Below, in pieces: positions 29,757 to 38,174 of a stretch of 64,000 bases of DNA; the stretch's first letter is position 1, and every line of letters begins with the position of its first letter. This DNA is from a virus (Duplodnaviria > Heunggongvirae > Uroviricota > Caudoviricetes): IMG/VR virus record IMGVR_UViG_3300045049_000270; one strand, written 5' to 3'. The notes beneath the pieces are model-generated. The model saw only the letters and a list, made by a program, of their open reading frames with translations. It did not search any database and was not told where the DNA came from. Both the position numbers and the translations under genes were made by a program.

Positions 29757-30776
29757 ATGACAACACACGTTAAAAAATACAAATACAGTGAAATTTTTGG
29801 TGATACCTTCCAAGGTGAAGGATACTACTGCGGTGTTCCGACAGTTTGGGTTCGCTTCTTCGGATGTAACTTCAACTGCGACGGATTTGGTCAGGATGAT
29901 CCTACCAATCCAGCAACATGGTCACTAGACTATCAAACGGTCGACATTTCCTCCATTAAGCGGATGGAAGACTTGCCAGTATTTAATCGAGGCTGCGACA
30001 GCTCATACAGTTGGGCAAAGAAATATCATCATCTGGCTCCTACTGCCACAGTGGAACAGATTTGTGATCAACTGGAAGACTTCCTGAAGAAGGGTGGTCA
30101 CAACCCAGAAGGTAAGTTCCTGCATCCAAAAAGCGGCCAATGGACGCATTTGGCATTCACTGGTGGTGAGCCAATGATGAACCAAAACGCAATCGTGGAC
30201 ATCATGCTCGAGTTTGCACGTCGTGGTAATGTGCCCAAGTACGTGACTGTTGAAACGAACGGCACACAAAAGGCACGCAGCAAGTTCGCAGAGTACCTAT
30301 CTGGTGAACGTGACTCGGCACTTGACTACGATTACAAGGCATTGAAAGATACCTTCTACATGCGTGATTTGATCAACATGAAGGCTGAGAATTACATTGG
30401 TCTTGACGCTGAAGAAGAAGCACTGCGTGGTATCGAGTGGTTCTGGTCAGTGTCACCAAAACTGTACCTGAGTGGTGAACAAAAGGCCGATGCCCTGCAA
30501 CCTGACGTTGTTGCAGAATATGCTCGTTTGTCCAATCATGGTCAATTGAAGTATGTTTGCGATGGTAGCGATCGTGCATGGCAGGAAGTGGAAGAATTTA
30601 CAGCCGCATTCCGCGAAGCTGGTGTCCAATGGCCAGTGTGGATTATGCCTGTGGGCGCGACTGTTGAAGGACAGAACAAAGTTGCTGCTAAGGTTGCTGA
30701 AGAAGCTTGCCGTCGTGGTTATAATGTGGCTGCTCGTGTACATTGCTACATTTTTGGTAATACTGTAGGCAAATAA
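29757..30776 (+). CDS. queE: 7-carboxy-7-deazaguanine synthase (radical SAM)
   Basis: SEIF.TFQGEG, VRFFGCNFNC, FTGGEP, VETNGT, SVSPKL; third Cys displaced (CX3CX38C). Confidence 0.9.
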   Translation: MTTHVKKYKYSEIFGDTFQGEGYYCGVPTVWVRFFGCNFNCDGFGQDDPTNPATWSLDYQTVDISSIKRMEDLPVFNRGCDSSYSWAKKYHHLAPTATVEQICDQLEDFLKKGGHNPEGKFLHPKSGQWTHLAFTGGEPMMNQNAIVDIMLEFARRGNVPKYVTVETNGTQKARSKFAEYLSGERDSALDYDYKALKDTFYMRDLINMKAENYIGLDAEEEALRGIEWFWSVSPKLYLSGEQKADALQPDVVAEYARLSNHGQLKYVCDGSDRAWQEVEEFTAAFREAGVQWPVWIMPVGATVEGQNKVAAKVAEEACRRGYNVAARVHCYIFGNTVGK

Positions 30777-30782
30777 AGGAAT

Positions 30783-30989
30783 GTGATGCTTATTTCTGCC
30801 TACTTTATTTGTTTGTTCTTTTCAATATTGATGACTGGATTGTTAGCACGTAAACGTGGTGATTTTCCAACTGATCATAGAAGTTTCATCGTATATTTTA
30901 TTTGGGTTATTCCGATCGTCAATGTGATCTATGGCTTGGCAATCATACCATATTTCTTCTCAGATAATCCATATCGTATCAATTCATAA
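30783..30989 (+). CDS. small membrane protein
   Basis: Two hydrophobic helices; AAGGA RBS. Confidence 0.55.
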   Translation: MMLISAYFICLFFSILMTGLLARKRGDFPTDHRSFIVYFIWVIPIVNVIYGLAIIPYFFSDNPYRINS

Positions 30990-30991
30990 CG

Positions 30992-31225
30992 ATGAAGCAA
31001 TCCTTGTACATCGGTGGTACTTTTTCTTGTCGCAGTGTTGGGCGCTATGATGTGCTCGAATTGAAACATCAACTGGAAGAAGATGGATATTCAACTTATG
31101 CCATAAGTGATGGCGTAAACTATGTAAAATATTTCGTTGAGGTTGATTTCCAGTCAGATGCCGAAGCTGTTATGTTCAAGCTCAAGTATCCAAATATACA
31201 AAACAATAACTGGAGTTCAATCTAA
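30992..31225 (+). CDS. FKL-motif family small protein
   Basis: FQSDAEAVMFKLKY. Confidence 0.7.
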   Translation: MKQSLYIGGTFSCRSVGRYDVLELKHQLEEDGYSTYAISDGVNYVKYFVEVDFQSDAEAVMFKLKYPNIQNNNWSSI

Positions 31226-31240
31226 CAGTTCTGTAACCAC

Positions 31241-31265
31241 AAAGGGGAGCTTTTACTCCTCTTTT
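31241..31265 (+). terminator. putative terminator
   Basis: AAAGGGGAG-ctttta-CTCCTCTTTT. Confidence 0.5.
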
Positions 31266-31333
31266 GCTTGAATTGGCAACACAAAAGTTGCATCATAGCA
31301 ATACTATTACCAATACAATAAATTGACGTTCTT

Positions 31334-31576
31334 ATGGCTGTCTTTATAACTATTCCCATGGAATTAATGGAGCTTGAATTATCAGATGGTTCGGGTTGCC
31401 AAGAAGGCGTCACTATAATGGGAATGACATTTCATCTCAAAGAGAAAGTAAGCGACTGGCTCGCGGAATATTCGGCAGAAGAACTTGATTTAAGTGTAAA
31501 ATTAGGCAAAGGAATTGGAATTGAATTTAAAGATGAAATTTTGGCAATTCAGTTCAAATTAACATTTGATTGCTAA
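31334..31576 (+). CDS. FKL-motif family small protein
   Basis: VSDWL...FKDEILAIQFKLTF. Confidence 0.7.
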   Translation: MAVFITIPMELMELELSDGSGCQEGVTIMGMTFHLKEKVSDWLAEYSAEELDLSVKLGKGIGIEFKDEILAIQFKLTFDC

Positions 31577-31842
31577 TGACTATTCTACGAGTACCACATT
31601 ATCTAGTTTCGCTGGATTTCCATAACATAGAATCCAAAGAGTCGAAGATTGAATATCAAATTGATTTCATATTGGCTACTGAATTGAAGACTTGGGCCAA
31701 AGAACATGATGCCTACATTTTCTATTATGAAGAAGAAGTGCAAAAATCTTCATTTGATATATTGGATAAATGTATTCATATTGAACTGAAAACTGATGTG
31801 GATGCGGTTGAATTCAAATTGAGGTTTGGCGGTGAGTATTAA
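31576..31842 (+). CDS. FKL-motif family small protein
   Basis: LKTWA...LKTDVDAVEFKLRF; TAATG coupling. Confidence 0.7.
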   Translation: MTILRVPHYLVSLDFHNIESKESKIEYQIDFILATELKTWAKEHDAYIFYYEEEVQKSSFDILDKCIHIELKTDVDAVEFKLRFGGEY

Positions 31843-32059
31843 AGTTGCGGTTCCCAAGAATTACACGTATATAACCAGATCAGGCGAAACATTTTATCGT
31901 ATTCCCAAAGGCACCATTCATAGGTGGCTTGAGGATAACGTTGGTGATCAATATAACATTGAACTGCAAGAATATATTAATTATGGTCAAGACTCATTAC
32001 CAATTATCGAATTTCAAAATGAAAATGATGCAGTTTTGTTCAAATTGGAAATGCTATGA
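31832..32059 (+). CDS. FKL-motif family small protein
   Basis: IHRWL...FQNENDAVLFKLEML; GTG start. Confidence 0.7.
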   Translation: MSIKVAVPKNYTYITRSGETFYRIPKGTIHRWLEDNVGDQYNIELQEYINYGQDSLPIIEFQNENDAVLFKLEML

Positions 32060-32355
32060 CAATGTTTATATTGCCAAGGATTTTGTGTGATGATAAAGTT
32101 GTACAACAAGAAGGTAAGAGAAATAGTTACGAGTGGACAGTAAAGAAAGCAATCAGGCGTTGGTTGCGTCGTAACAATATTGAATATTCTTTTGAATATA
32201 GAGAGAATCATAAAGTAGAAGAATTTGGCGAAGATCGTAAACAAAATTCTACATTAGGCCCAATCCTGATGAAACGTGTCACCATCAACAAATGGGTTGA
32301 ATTAACCATTCCTGATGAAGCTGATGCTCTCGCTTTTAAATTGGCATGGTTATGA
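32056..32355 (+). CDS. FKL-motif family small protein
   Basis: IRRWL...IPDEADALAFKLAWL; ATGA coupling. Confidence 0.7.
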   Translation: MTMFILPRILCDDKVVQQEGKRNSYEWTVKKAIRRWLRRNNIEYSFEYRENHKVEEFGEDRKQNSTLGPILMKRVTINKWVELTIPDEADALAFKLAWL

Positions 32356-32645
32356 GGTTTAAGAATCCAAGGTTTGTGCCATTTAATGCATCCCCATCTC
32401 ATCAGATGAAAGGTAGCAAACCAAGTAGTTCAATTCAAAATATCACAAACAAAGTTATATTTGATGTAACAGCACTATTCAAAAGTGATAACGAAGTTGA
32501 ATCGCTAGTGCCATTGATTTATTATTGGCTAGGTGAAAATTGTAACGAGCCATATAAAGTACTACGTGAAGTGGATGGTAAGGTATATTTGTTGTTCCAT
32601 AAAAATGATAACGCAGCTCTAAGTTTCAAACTAACATGGCTATGA
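32352..32645 (+). CDS. FKL-motif family small protein
   Basis: IYYWL...HKNDNAALSFKLTWL; ATGA coupling. Confidence 0.7.
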   Translation: MRFKNPRFVPFNASPSHQMKGSKPSSSIQNITNKVIFDVTALFKSDNEVESLVPLIYYWLGENCNEPYKVLREVDGKVYLLFHKNDNAALSFKLTWL

Positions 32646-33046
32646 ACGAAGAAAAGAAAGAATATCCCATTTACAGTCAAAACCCAGCATCATATGATTT
32701 TGTTGGATGTTTTATGGGAGGCGGTAGCCCCAGTCATGAATGCTGGTGTGGTAGAACTCATGTAGCGATTGATAGTGATCTACTTGAAGAAGGTCAACTT
32801 GAAAATTATATCGAATGGCAAAAACAAGATCCAGAAGGCGTTATTTTCGTTCATGACTGTGAATGTGTTCATTACGTAGAAATCAATGGCAGAACATTTG
32901 TCGATGATTGCCCTTGCAACGGTATGCGCCCATTTGAAACTCTATTCTGGGAAAATCGTAAGAATATTCGTAAATATTTGTCAATTGTCAAGATGAAGCT
33001 TCTGGCTGACGCGGCTGATGTTGGTGACTGGGAAGAAGATTTGTGA
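32642..33046 (+). CDS. Cys/His-rich hypothetical protein
   Basis: ECWCGRTH, CECVH and DCPC motifs; no FKL motif. Confidence 0.65.
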   Translation: MNEEKKEYPIYSQNPASYDFVGCFMGGGSPSHECWCGRTHVAIDSDLLEEGQLENYIEWQKQDPEGVIFVHDCECVHYVEINGRTFVDDCPCNGMRPFETLFWENRKNIRKYLSIVKMKLLADAADVGDWEEDL

Positions 33047-33252
33047 AATCGTTGAATGTTAGTAATTTGATCGAGCGTCGTATGGTTAGAACTGTATCGG
33101 AAGAAGGTGTCCGTTGGACACAACATTTTTGTCTTCCTAACGAAGTCGAAGCATGGTTGTGTGAGCGTGGTGAAAATCCTAAATTGTTCAATAGTAATAT
33201 CATCATTAATGATGATACATTTGCAGTAGAGTTTAAGTTGGTTTGGCTATGA
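33043..33252 (+). CDS. FKL-motif family small protein
   Basis: VEAWL...INDDTFAVEFKLVWL. Confidence 0.7.
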   Translation: MKSLNVSNLIERRMVRTVSEEGVRWTQHFCLPNEVEAWLCERGENPKLFNSNIIINDDTFAVEFKLVWL

Positions 33253-33503
33253 ACGGTTTATTTATCGTTGATATTCCTATGGACGACAGCATCGCTACTA
33301 AGATTTATCAGCCTGAAAGTTGGCGTTCAGTATGGATTCTAAACAATGATGTTATTGAATGGTTAAATTCACATGGTGTTTTTGGTGAAAATTGGCTTAT
33401 TGAAACTATGCCGCAAGTTCACAATGGCATAGTTTCATATAAGCCAGTTATGATGTTTGATAATGATGATTTGGCAATGGTTTTTAAATTAACCTGGTTA
33501 TGA
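33249..33503 (+). CDS. FKL-motif family small protein
   Basis: VIEWL...FDNDDLAMVFKLTWL. Confidence 0.7.
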   Translation: MNGLFIVDIPMDDSIATKIYQPESWRSVWILNNDVIEWLNSHGVFGENWLIETMPQVHNGIVSYKPVMMFDNDDLAMVFKLTWL

Positions 33504-33706
33504 TCCATTTGTTTAAGGTACCAAAAGAATATCTTCGCAAAATCTCTGGCCTTTATACGATAGAGAGTTATGCATTGACCGCAGATGTTGAAGAATGGCT
33601 AAATGATCGTGGCGAATGGAAATTAGTTCACGACGGTTATACTGGCTTCTGTATTCAAATAAAAGATGATGCTTTGGCAGTTGAGTTCTTACTCACCTGG
33701 GGATAA
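33500..33706 (+). CDS. FKL-motif family small protein
   Basis: VEEWL...IKDDALAVEFLLTWG. Confidence 0.7.
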   Translation: MIHLFKVPKEYLRKISGLYTIESYALTADVEEWLNDRGEWKLVHDGYTGFCIQIKDDALAVEFLLTWG

Positions 33707-33912
33707 TGTTCATAGAAAAAGTACCCCAATCTGGTCTCAATAACATTTATTTAGATGTTAATGGTTTGAAATTCAGAACTGCGTCTGAAATCAATCAACA
33801 GCTATCGGAATGGGCAAACGCTCGAGGTTGTAGCTTTCACTTATGTTCTGTATGGTATATTACACTTCCGGATGAATTGACAGCCCTTGAATTTAAACTA
33901 ACATGGCTATAA
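33706..33912 (+). CDS. FKL-motif family small protein
   Basis: LSEWA...LPDELTALEFKLTWL. Confidence 0.7.
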   Translation: MFIEKVPQSGLNNIYLDVNGLKFRTASEINQQLSEWANARGCSFHLCSVWYITLPDELTALEFKLTWL

Positions 33913-34121
33913 TCAAGATTCCAAATAACGGAATAACCACCAAAAGATTAACAATGATGCATTCTTCTCATATGGTTATTTCATTTCCACATCCAAAAGA
34001 TGAAATTTATGAATGGTGTAAAGCTAAAAATTTGAAAAAGCCATGGGAAGATTCAAATGGGTGGTTCATTGAAATTACAGATGATTTGACTGCTGTAGAA
34101 TTTCTGCTAACATGGTCTTAA
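33903..34121 (+). CDS. FKL-motif family small protein
   Basis: IYEWC...ITDDLTAVEFLLTWS. Confidence 0.7.
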   Translation: MAIIKIPNNGITTKRLTMMHSSHMVISFPHPKDEIYEWCKAKNLKKPWEDSNGWFIEITDDLTAVEFLLTWS

Positions 34122-34139
34122 AATAGTACGGGAGACCGA

Positions 34140-34751
34140 ATGAGTAAAAAGAATAAGAAAATCCCCTTTAATTGGCTGCCGGCTAGTTGGGGCTTGAGTG
34201 GTAAAAGTCGAGAACGAGCAGAAGCCGAATATTACTTCGAAGGTTATGATCTTGAGAAACGTCTAATCGAGATCGATTATGAAGACAATGATGAACGAGA
34301 AGTTGAATTTCTGCGTTTGGACCACAAACATGGCAAGATTGATGACTATACCTTTGCATTGAAATACGCAGAGCGAACATTGTCTGGCGAAGCCCTTGAG
34401 ATTCGAAAATTAGAGCTTGACCATACAGCTGGTAAGATCACATTAAATGAATACGAAAAACGCGTAGCTAATATTAAGAAAGAGCCATATATCACAGTTT
34501 TGAACAGTGAATATAATCCAGATGAGGGCATTGGTGGTTTAATTTTCGAATTTGATTGGAATGAATATTGGATCAAACAACTGATCGATCATGGTTATTC
34601 TGGTTACAACGAAGACCAAATTATTCATCAATGGTTTACTGATCTATGTCGTTCGACTATCGCTGAAGAAATAGATTCACAGGATATACCGTTCAACAGT
34701 GGTCGAGTAATTAATACGATACGACGCGGCAATCGTTCAGATTTTAGTTGA
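34140..34751 (+). CDS. hypothetical phage protein
   Basis: GGAG RBS; EPYITV...FEFDWNEYWI..L...GY.G..E..I...WF..LCR. Confidence 0.7.
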   Translation: MSKKNKKIPFNWLPASWGLSGKSRERAEAEYYFEGYDLEKRLIEIDYEDNDEREVEFLRLDHKHGKIDDYTFALKYAERTLSGEALEIRKLELDHTAGKITLNEYEKRVANIKKEPYITVLNSEYNPDEGIGGLIFEFDWNEYWIKQLIDHGYSGYNEDQIIHQWFTDLCRSTIAEEIDSQDIPFNSGRVINTIRRGNRSDFS

Positions 34752-35014
34752 TGGAACCGTCATTAGTTATTGTAAATGGTTTTCTGCGTGAATATCCTCA
34801 GGGATATTACAAAGTACCTATTCCCAAACAATGGTTGCAAGTCTTTGTTTGTCCTGATACTTTTAATTTGGTAGCAAAGTCTGTCCAACCACCTGCTGAT
34901 TTTGATTGGGATGATTTGCCTATGTGGCTTATAGAAGATCCATATAATTTCATCGCGTTTTTTCTATTCGAAGATGAACAAGATGCAATAGCATTCAAAC
35001 TGACATATTGTTAA
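34751..35014 (+). CDS. FKL-motif family small protein
   Basis: FEDEQDAIAFKLTYC. Confidence 0.65.
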   Translation: MEPSLVIVNGFLREYPQGYYKVPIPKQWLQVFVCPDTFNLVAKSVQPPADFDWDDLPMWLIEDPYNFIAFFLFEDEQDAIAFKLTYC

Positions 35015-35044
35015 TTAAGGGGAGCATTTGCTCCCCTTAATTTT
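35013..35044 (+). terminator. rho-independent terminator
   Basis: AATTAAGGGGAGCA-tt-TGCTCCCCTTAATT. Confidence 0.75.
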
Positions 35045-35124
35045 GTAAATTTGCCATAACCAGTTACAATTATGACTAACGGTGAACTAGCTTTGCTAGA
35101 TCGCCATTCACAATGATAACAAAT

Positions 35125-36156
35125 ATGAGTAAATTTATTCTGGTTGATACTGCCAACCTTTTCTATAGATGTAGACACGCAGTCACCGGTGATGCATATT
35201 CAAAAGCAGGTTTAGCACTTCATGCTGTTTTTCGTTCAATTCGAAAACTTTGGAGAGATTACAAAGCCGATCACGTCGTTTTCTGTTTGGAGGGGCATAG
35301 CTGGCGCTATGCGGTATATCCTGAATATAAATCAGCTCGCAAAGCGCAACGAGCATTGGCTAATCTAAAGCCAGCAGATCAAGAAGAAGATCAAGTGTTC
35401 AAAGAAACATTCGAAGAATTGGTGTCATTCTTGACGGACAAAACAAATGCAACAGTGTTGCAAAGTGATGGAGTTGAAGGTGACGATTGGGTGGCTCGAT
35501 TTATTCAAATTCATCCAAATGATGAGCATTTGCTGGTTAGTGGTGATACTGATTTCATTCAAATGCTTGCACCGAATGTTAAAATCTACGATGGTGTACG
35601 TGAACTATTGATCACAATTGATGGGATCTACGACAAGGCAAATCAACGTATTGAATTTGGTGTCAAGAGCGATGGTAAGCTTCGTATCGGTAAGCCCTTA
35701 AAGAAAGGTGAAGTATTCGTGCCAGAAGCAGAATGGTGGAAACGTGCTTTGTTCATGAAGTGCATGCGCGGCGATTCTGGTGATAGCATCTTCTCAGCAT
35801 ATCCAAAGGTTCGTGAAAAGAAATTGATTGAAGCTTGGGATGATCGAAATGAAATGGGTTATAACTGGAATAATCTGATGCTTCAAACATGGCAGAAAGC
35901 TAAGACTGATGGTACCGAGGAAGAAATTCGAGTTCTAGACGCTTATAACTTCAACAAATCACTGATTGACCTTACAGAACAACCAGAAGAAATCAAAGAA
36001 TTGATGGATTTGTTGATTGTTGAAAACGTACAAAAACGTGGCAAACAAGGTGTTGGTATTCACTTCCTTCGTTTCTGTGAACGCAATGGTCTTGTAAATC
36101 TCAGCAAGGAAGCTGCTGATCATGCTGAATACTTGAACGCTCCTTATGCAAAATAG
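35125..36156 (+). CDS. T4 RNase H-like 5'-3' exonuclease (FEN family)
   Basis: ILVDTAN, SWRY.VYPEYK, EGDD, SGDTDFIQ, RGDSGD. Confidence 0.9.
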   Translation: MSKFILVDTANLFYRCRHAVTGDAYSKAGLALHAVFRSIRKLWRDYKADHVVFCLEGHSWRYAVYPEYKSARKAQRALANLKPADQEEDQVFKETFEELVSFLTDKTNATVLQSDGVEGDDWVARFIQIHPNDEHLLVSGDTDFIQMLAPNVKIYDGVRELLITIDGIYDKANQRIEFGVKSDGKLRIGKPLKKGEVFVPEAEWWKRALFMKCMRGDSGDSIFSAYPKVREKKLIEAWDDRNEMGYNWNNLMLQTWQKAKTDGTEEEIRVLDAYNFNKSLIDLTEQPEEIKELMDLLIVENVQKRGKQGVGIHFLRFCERNGLVNLSKEAADHAEYLNAPYAK

Positions 36157-36158
36157 TT

Positions 36159-36755
36159 ATGGTTGAAAACGAACGAAAATATATCTTATTACCCACTAAC
36201 GACGTGGGATTCATGACTGATTTGGAATGTATGCCTGGTGTCACCGCCCAAAAGATTTTCCAGGCGTATTTGCCCGGTGGTGCGCGCATTCGAAAGATCC
36301 AAAACAAATATGATTTTGGTGGTCTTGACGAGAATGGCGAATACATTTATCCGAGGTCGGAGCAATGCAAGTTCACTTACAAAATAATGATTGATAGTGA
36401 ATTAGTCGAGATCGAGACTGATATTACAAGGCCAGACTTCGACAGATTGGTAAAGGGTACATCTAAGCGCATTTTGAAGACGCGTATCACTGTTCCAGTT
36501 GATGATTTGAAATGGGAAGTTGATTTCTTCCATGACGAGGTCAATGTAAATTTGTATTTGGTTATGGCAGAAGTAGAATTGCCTGAAGGAGTAGATGCTC
36601 CGGCAACAGTTCCAGCATTCGTAACGGACAATCTTCTGTATTTTGTTGAACGTGATGATTTTCGTTTTACCAATTCGAATCTATCAGATTCAGATGCAGT
36701 ACGTGCAACAGTTGCACATATCAAGAAAGAAAAAGATGGCAATACAACTTCATAA
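36159..36755 (+). CDS. CYTH-domain protein
   Basis: ENERKY, Q.YL..RIR, EIET, KTR, WEVDFF, AEVEL. Confidence 0.85.
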   Translation: MVENERKYILLPTNDVGFMTDLECMPGVTAQKIFQAYLPGGARIRKIQNKYDFGGLDENGEYIYPRSEQCKFTYKIMIDSELVEIETDITRPDFDRLVKGTSKRILKTRITVPVDDLKWEVDFFHDEVNVNLYLVMAEVELPEGVDAPATVPAFVTDNLLYFVERDDFRFTNSNLSDSDAVRATVAHIKKEKDGNTTS

Positions 36756-37197
36756 GATTACAGCGAATAGCTGGGTGGCAAATGCAAATGGCTTTCCAGT
36801 TGGTTTCATCTATAAGACTGAATCTGAATATATCTACATGACACCAGAGGCCAAGACTACATTTGCCAAGATGTCAGAAATCAAAGAATTCCTTGGTGGT
36901 AAAGTAAAAGAACAAGTCAATGAAGCCAAGGAAGATGGTGATATCGTTGATCATATCGATGGCTTCCCAATGAAGCATACGAATGTGTCAGTCGTATCAA
37001 CTGGTGAGCGTCCAGTGTATGTTCGTGGCAAACAAGTACAACATGTGGCTGGTTTTTGGACTATCAAGTTTAGCAAACGTTGGGTACCAAGCTTTTGCCC
37101 TTTGTTGAAGACAGTTGAGCAGTATCAAAGTTCAGGTCCGTTCAAGACACGACTTGAAATGATGAATGCTATGACTGCACTTAATCGTGCAGTGTAA
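36736..37197 (+). CDS. hypothetical phage protein
   Basis: ATG 36736; AGFW.IKF..W.PSFCP.L...GPFKT. Confidence 0.65.
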   Translation: MAIQLHKITANSWVANANGFPVGFIYKTESEYIYMTPEAKTTFAKMSEIKEFLGGKVKEQVNEAKEDGDIVDHIDGFPMKHTNVSVVSTGERPVYVRGKQVQHVAGFWTIKFSKRWVPSFCPLLKTVEQYQSSGPFKTRLEMMNAMTALNRAV

Positions 37198-37214
37198 ATA
37201 TAACCGCCTGATAC

Positions 37215-37436
37215 ATGGACACAACAATTCTGTTAACCATTGCCGAGCGTATCAAGCATGCGAGTGCAACCAATAGCAAAGAGATACGCCTTAGCATTCA
37301 TGATGCCAATGAACTTCTTGCCGTCATTGCATATATATCTGCTAGGGAAAGTGAAGACATGAAAAAGTTGATCCAAGACTTTGTGGATCATTTAAATAAC
37401 CAACAGATTATCCATGTATCTGGCGGTACATTTTAA
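37215..37436 (+). CDS. hypothetical protein
   Basis: Short ORF ending SGGTF; TAAATA upstream. Confidence 0.6.
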   Translation: MDTTILLTIAERIKHASATNSKEIRLSIHDANELLAVIAYISARESEDMKKLIQDFVDHLNNQQIIHVSGGTF

Positions 37437-37445
37437 GGAGAAAAC

Positions 37446-37709
37446 ATGGAAGTCGTAGTCTATTCCAAGACAATTTGCCCATATTGCACACAAGCAAAGG
37501 CATACTTGAAGAAGAATGGTATCGAGTACTCAGAAGTGAACCTCGATGATGATGAAGCACGTAAGGCATTTTACGAAAAATGTGGCCCAGGTGTTCGTAG
37601 CGTCCCACAGATTTTCGTTGATAACGAACGTATCGGAGGTTATCAAGAATTGATAAAGAGTGATGTAGTTGCTCGTCACCAAGCTGGTAATTTCGACGCT
37701 GACTTCTAA
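37446..37709 (+). CDS. glutaredoxin
   Basis: CPYC, RSVPQIF and IGGY motifs; AAGGAG RBS. Confidence 0.93.
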   Translation: MEVVVYSKTICPYCTQAKAYLKKNGIEYSEVNLDDDEARKAFYEKCGPGVRSVPQIFVDNERIGGYQELIKSDVVARHQAGNFDADF

Positions 37710-37726
37710 GTCATTGTTTATAAATG

Positions 37727-37750
37727 AAAAGCTCCGTTTAACGGAGCTTT
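37727..37750 (+). terminator. rho-independent terminator
   Basis: AAAAGCTCCGTT-t-AACGGAGCTTT. Confidence 0.65.
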
Positions 37751-37853
37751 CGTTTTTCTGGTGGCAATGATTCATTTGGTGATAACGTGGTTGTTTCAAA
37801 TTGTAAGGCGTCGCATAAATACTGACATAAGATTTTTGCTTTATAGGTGCAAT

Positions 37854-38174
37854 ATGAGCCGTCCTAAGCCGTCCGTCCTGTTGAACCACACCGACAGTAA
37901 GACCTACAAAAGCGAACAAATTTTGGCAGCTGACGCAATCTACGCAGTTTTCTACGAAGGTCGTCCTATCAATCTGCGTTCGCTGAATAGCTTGGTGAAC
38001 TACCCAGGACCCAAGTATAAGAAAGTGTCGTTCAGTAACCCTGGGCACGCATTCAACTTAGCAGAAAAGTTGAATAAGTTATTCAAGACAGACAAATTCG
38101 CTGTTTACAAGCTGACTGCTGGTGAACTAGTGAAGGAACTTGATCCAGATGACGATTCAGGTCAAAATTGCTGA
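37854..38174 (+). CDS. hypothetical phage protein (MSRPKP...)
   Basis: CATAAATA at 37814; GPKYKKVSFSNPGHAFNLA. Confidence 0.7.
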   Translation: MSRPKPSVLLNHTDSKTYKSEQILAADAIYAVFYEGRPINLRSLNSLVNYPGPKYKKVSFSNPGHAFNLAEKLNKLFKTDKFAVYKLTAGELVKELDPDDDSGQNC

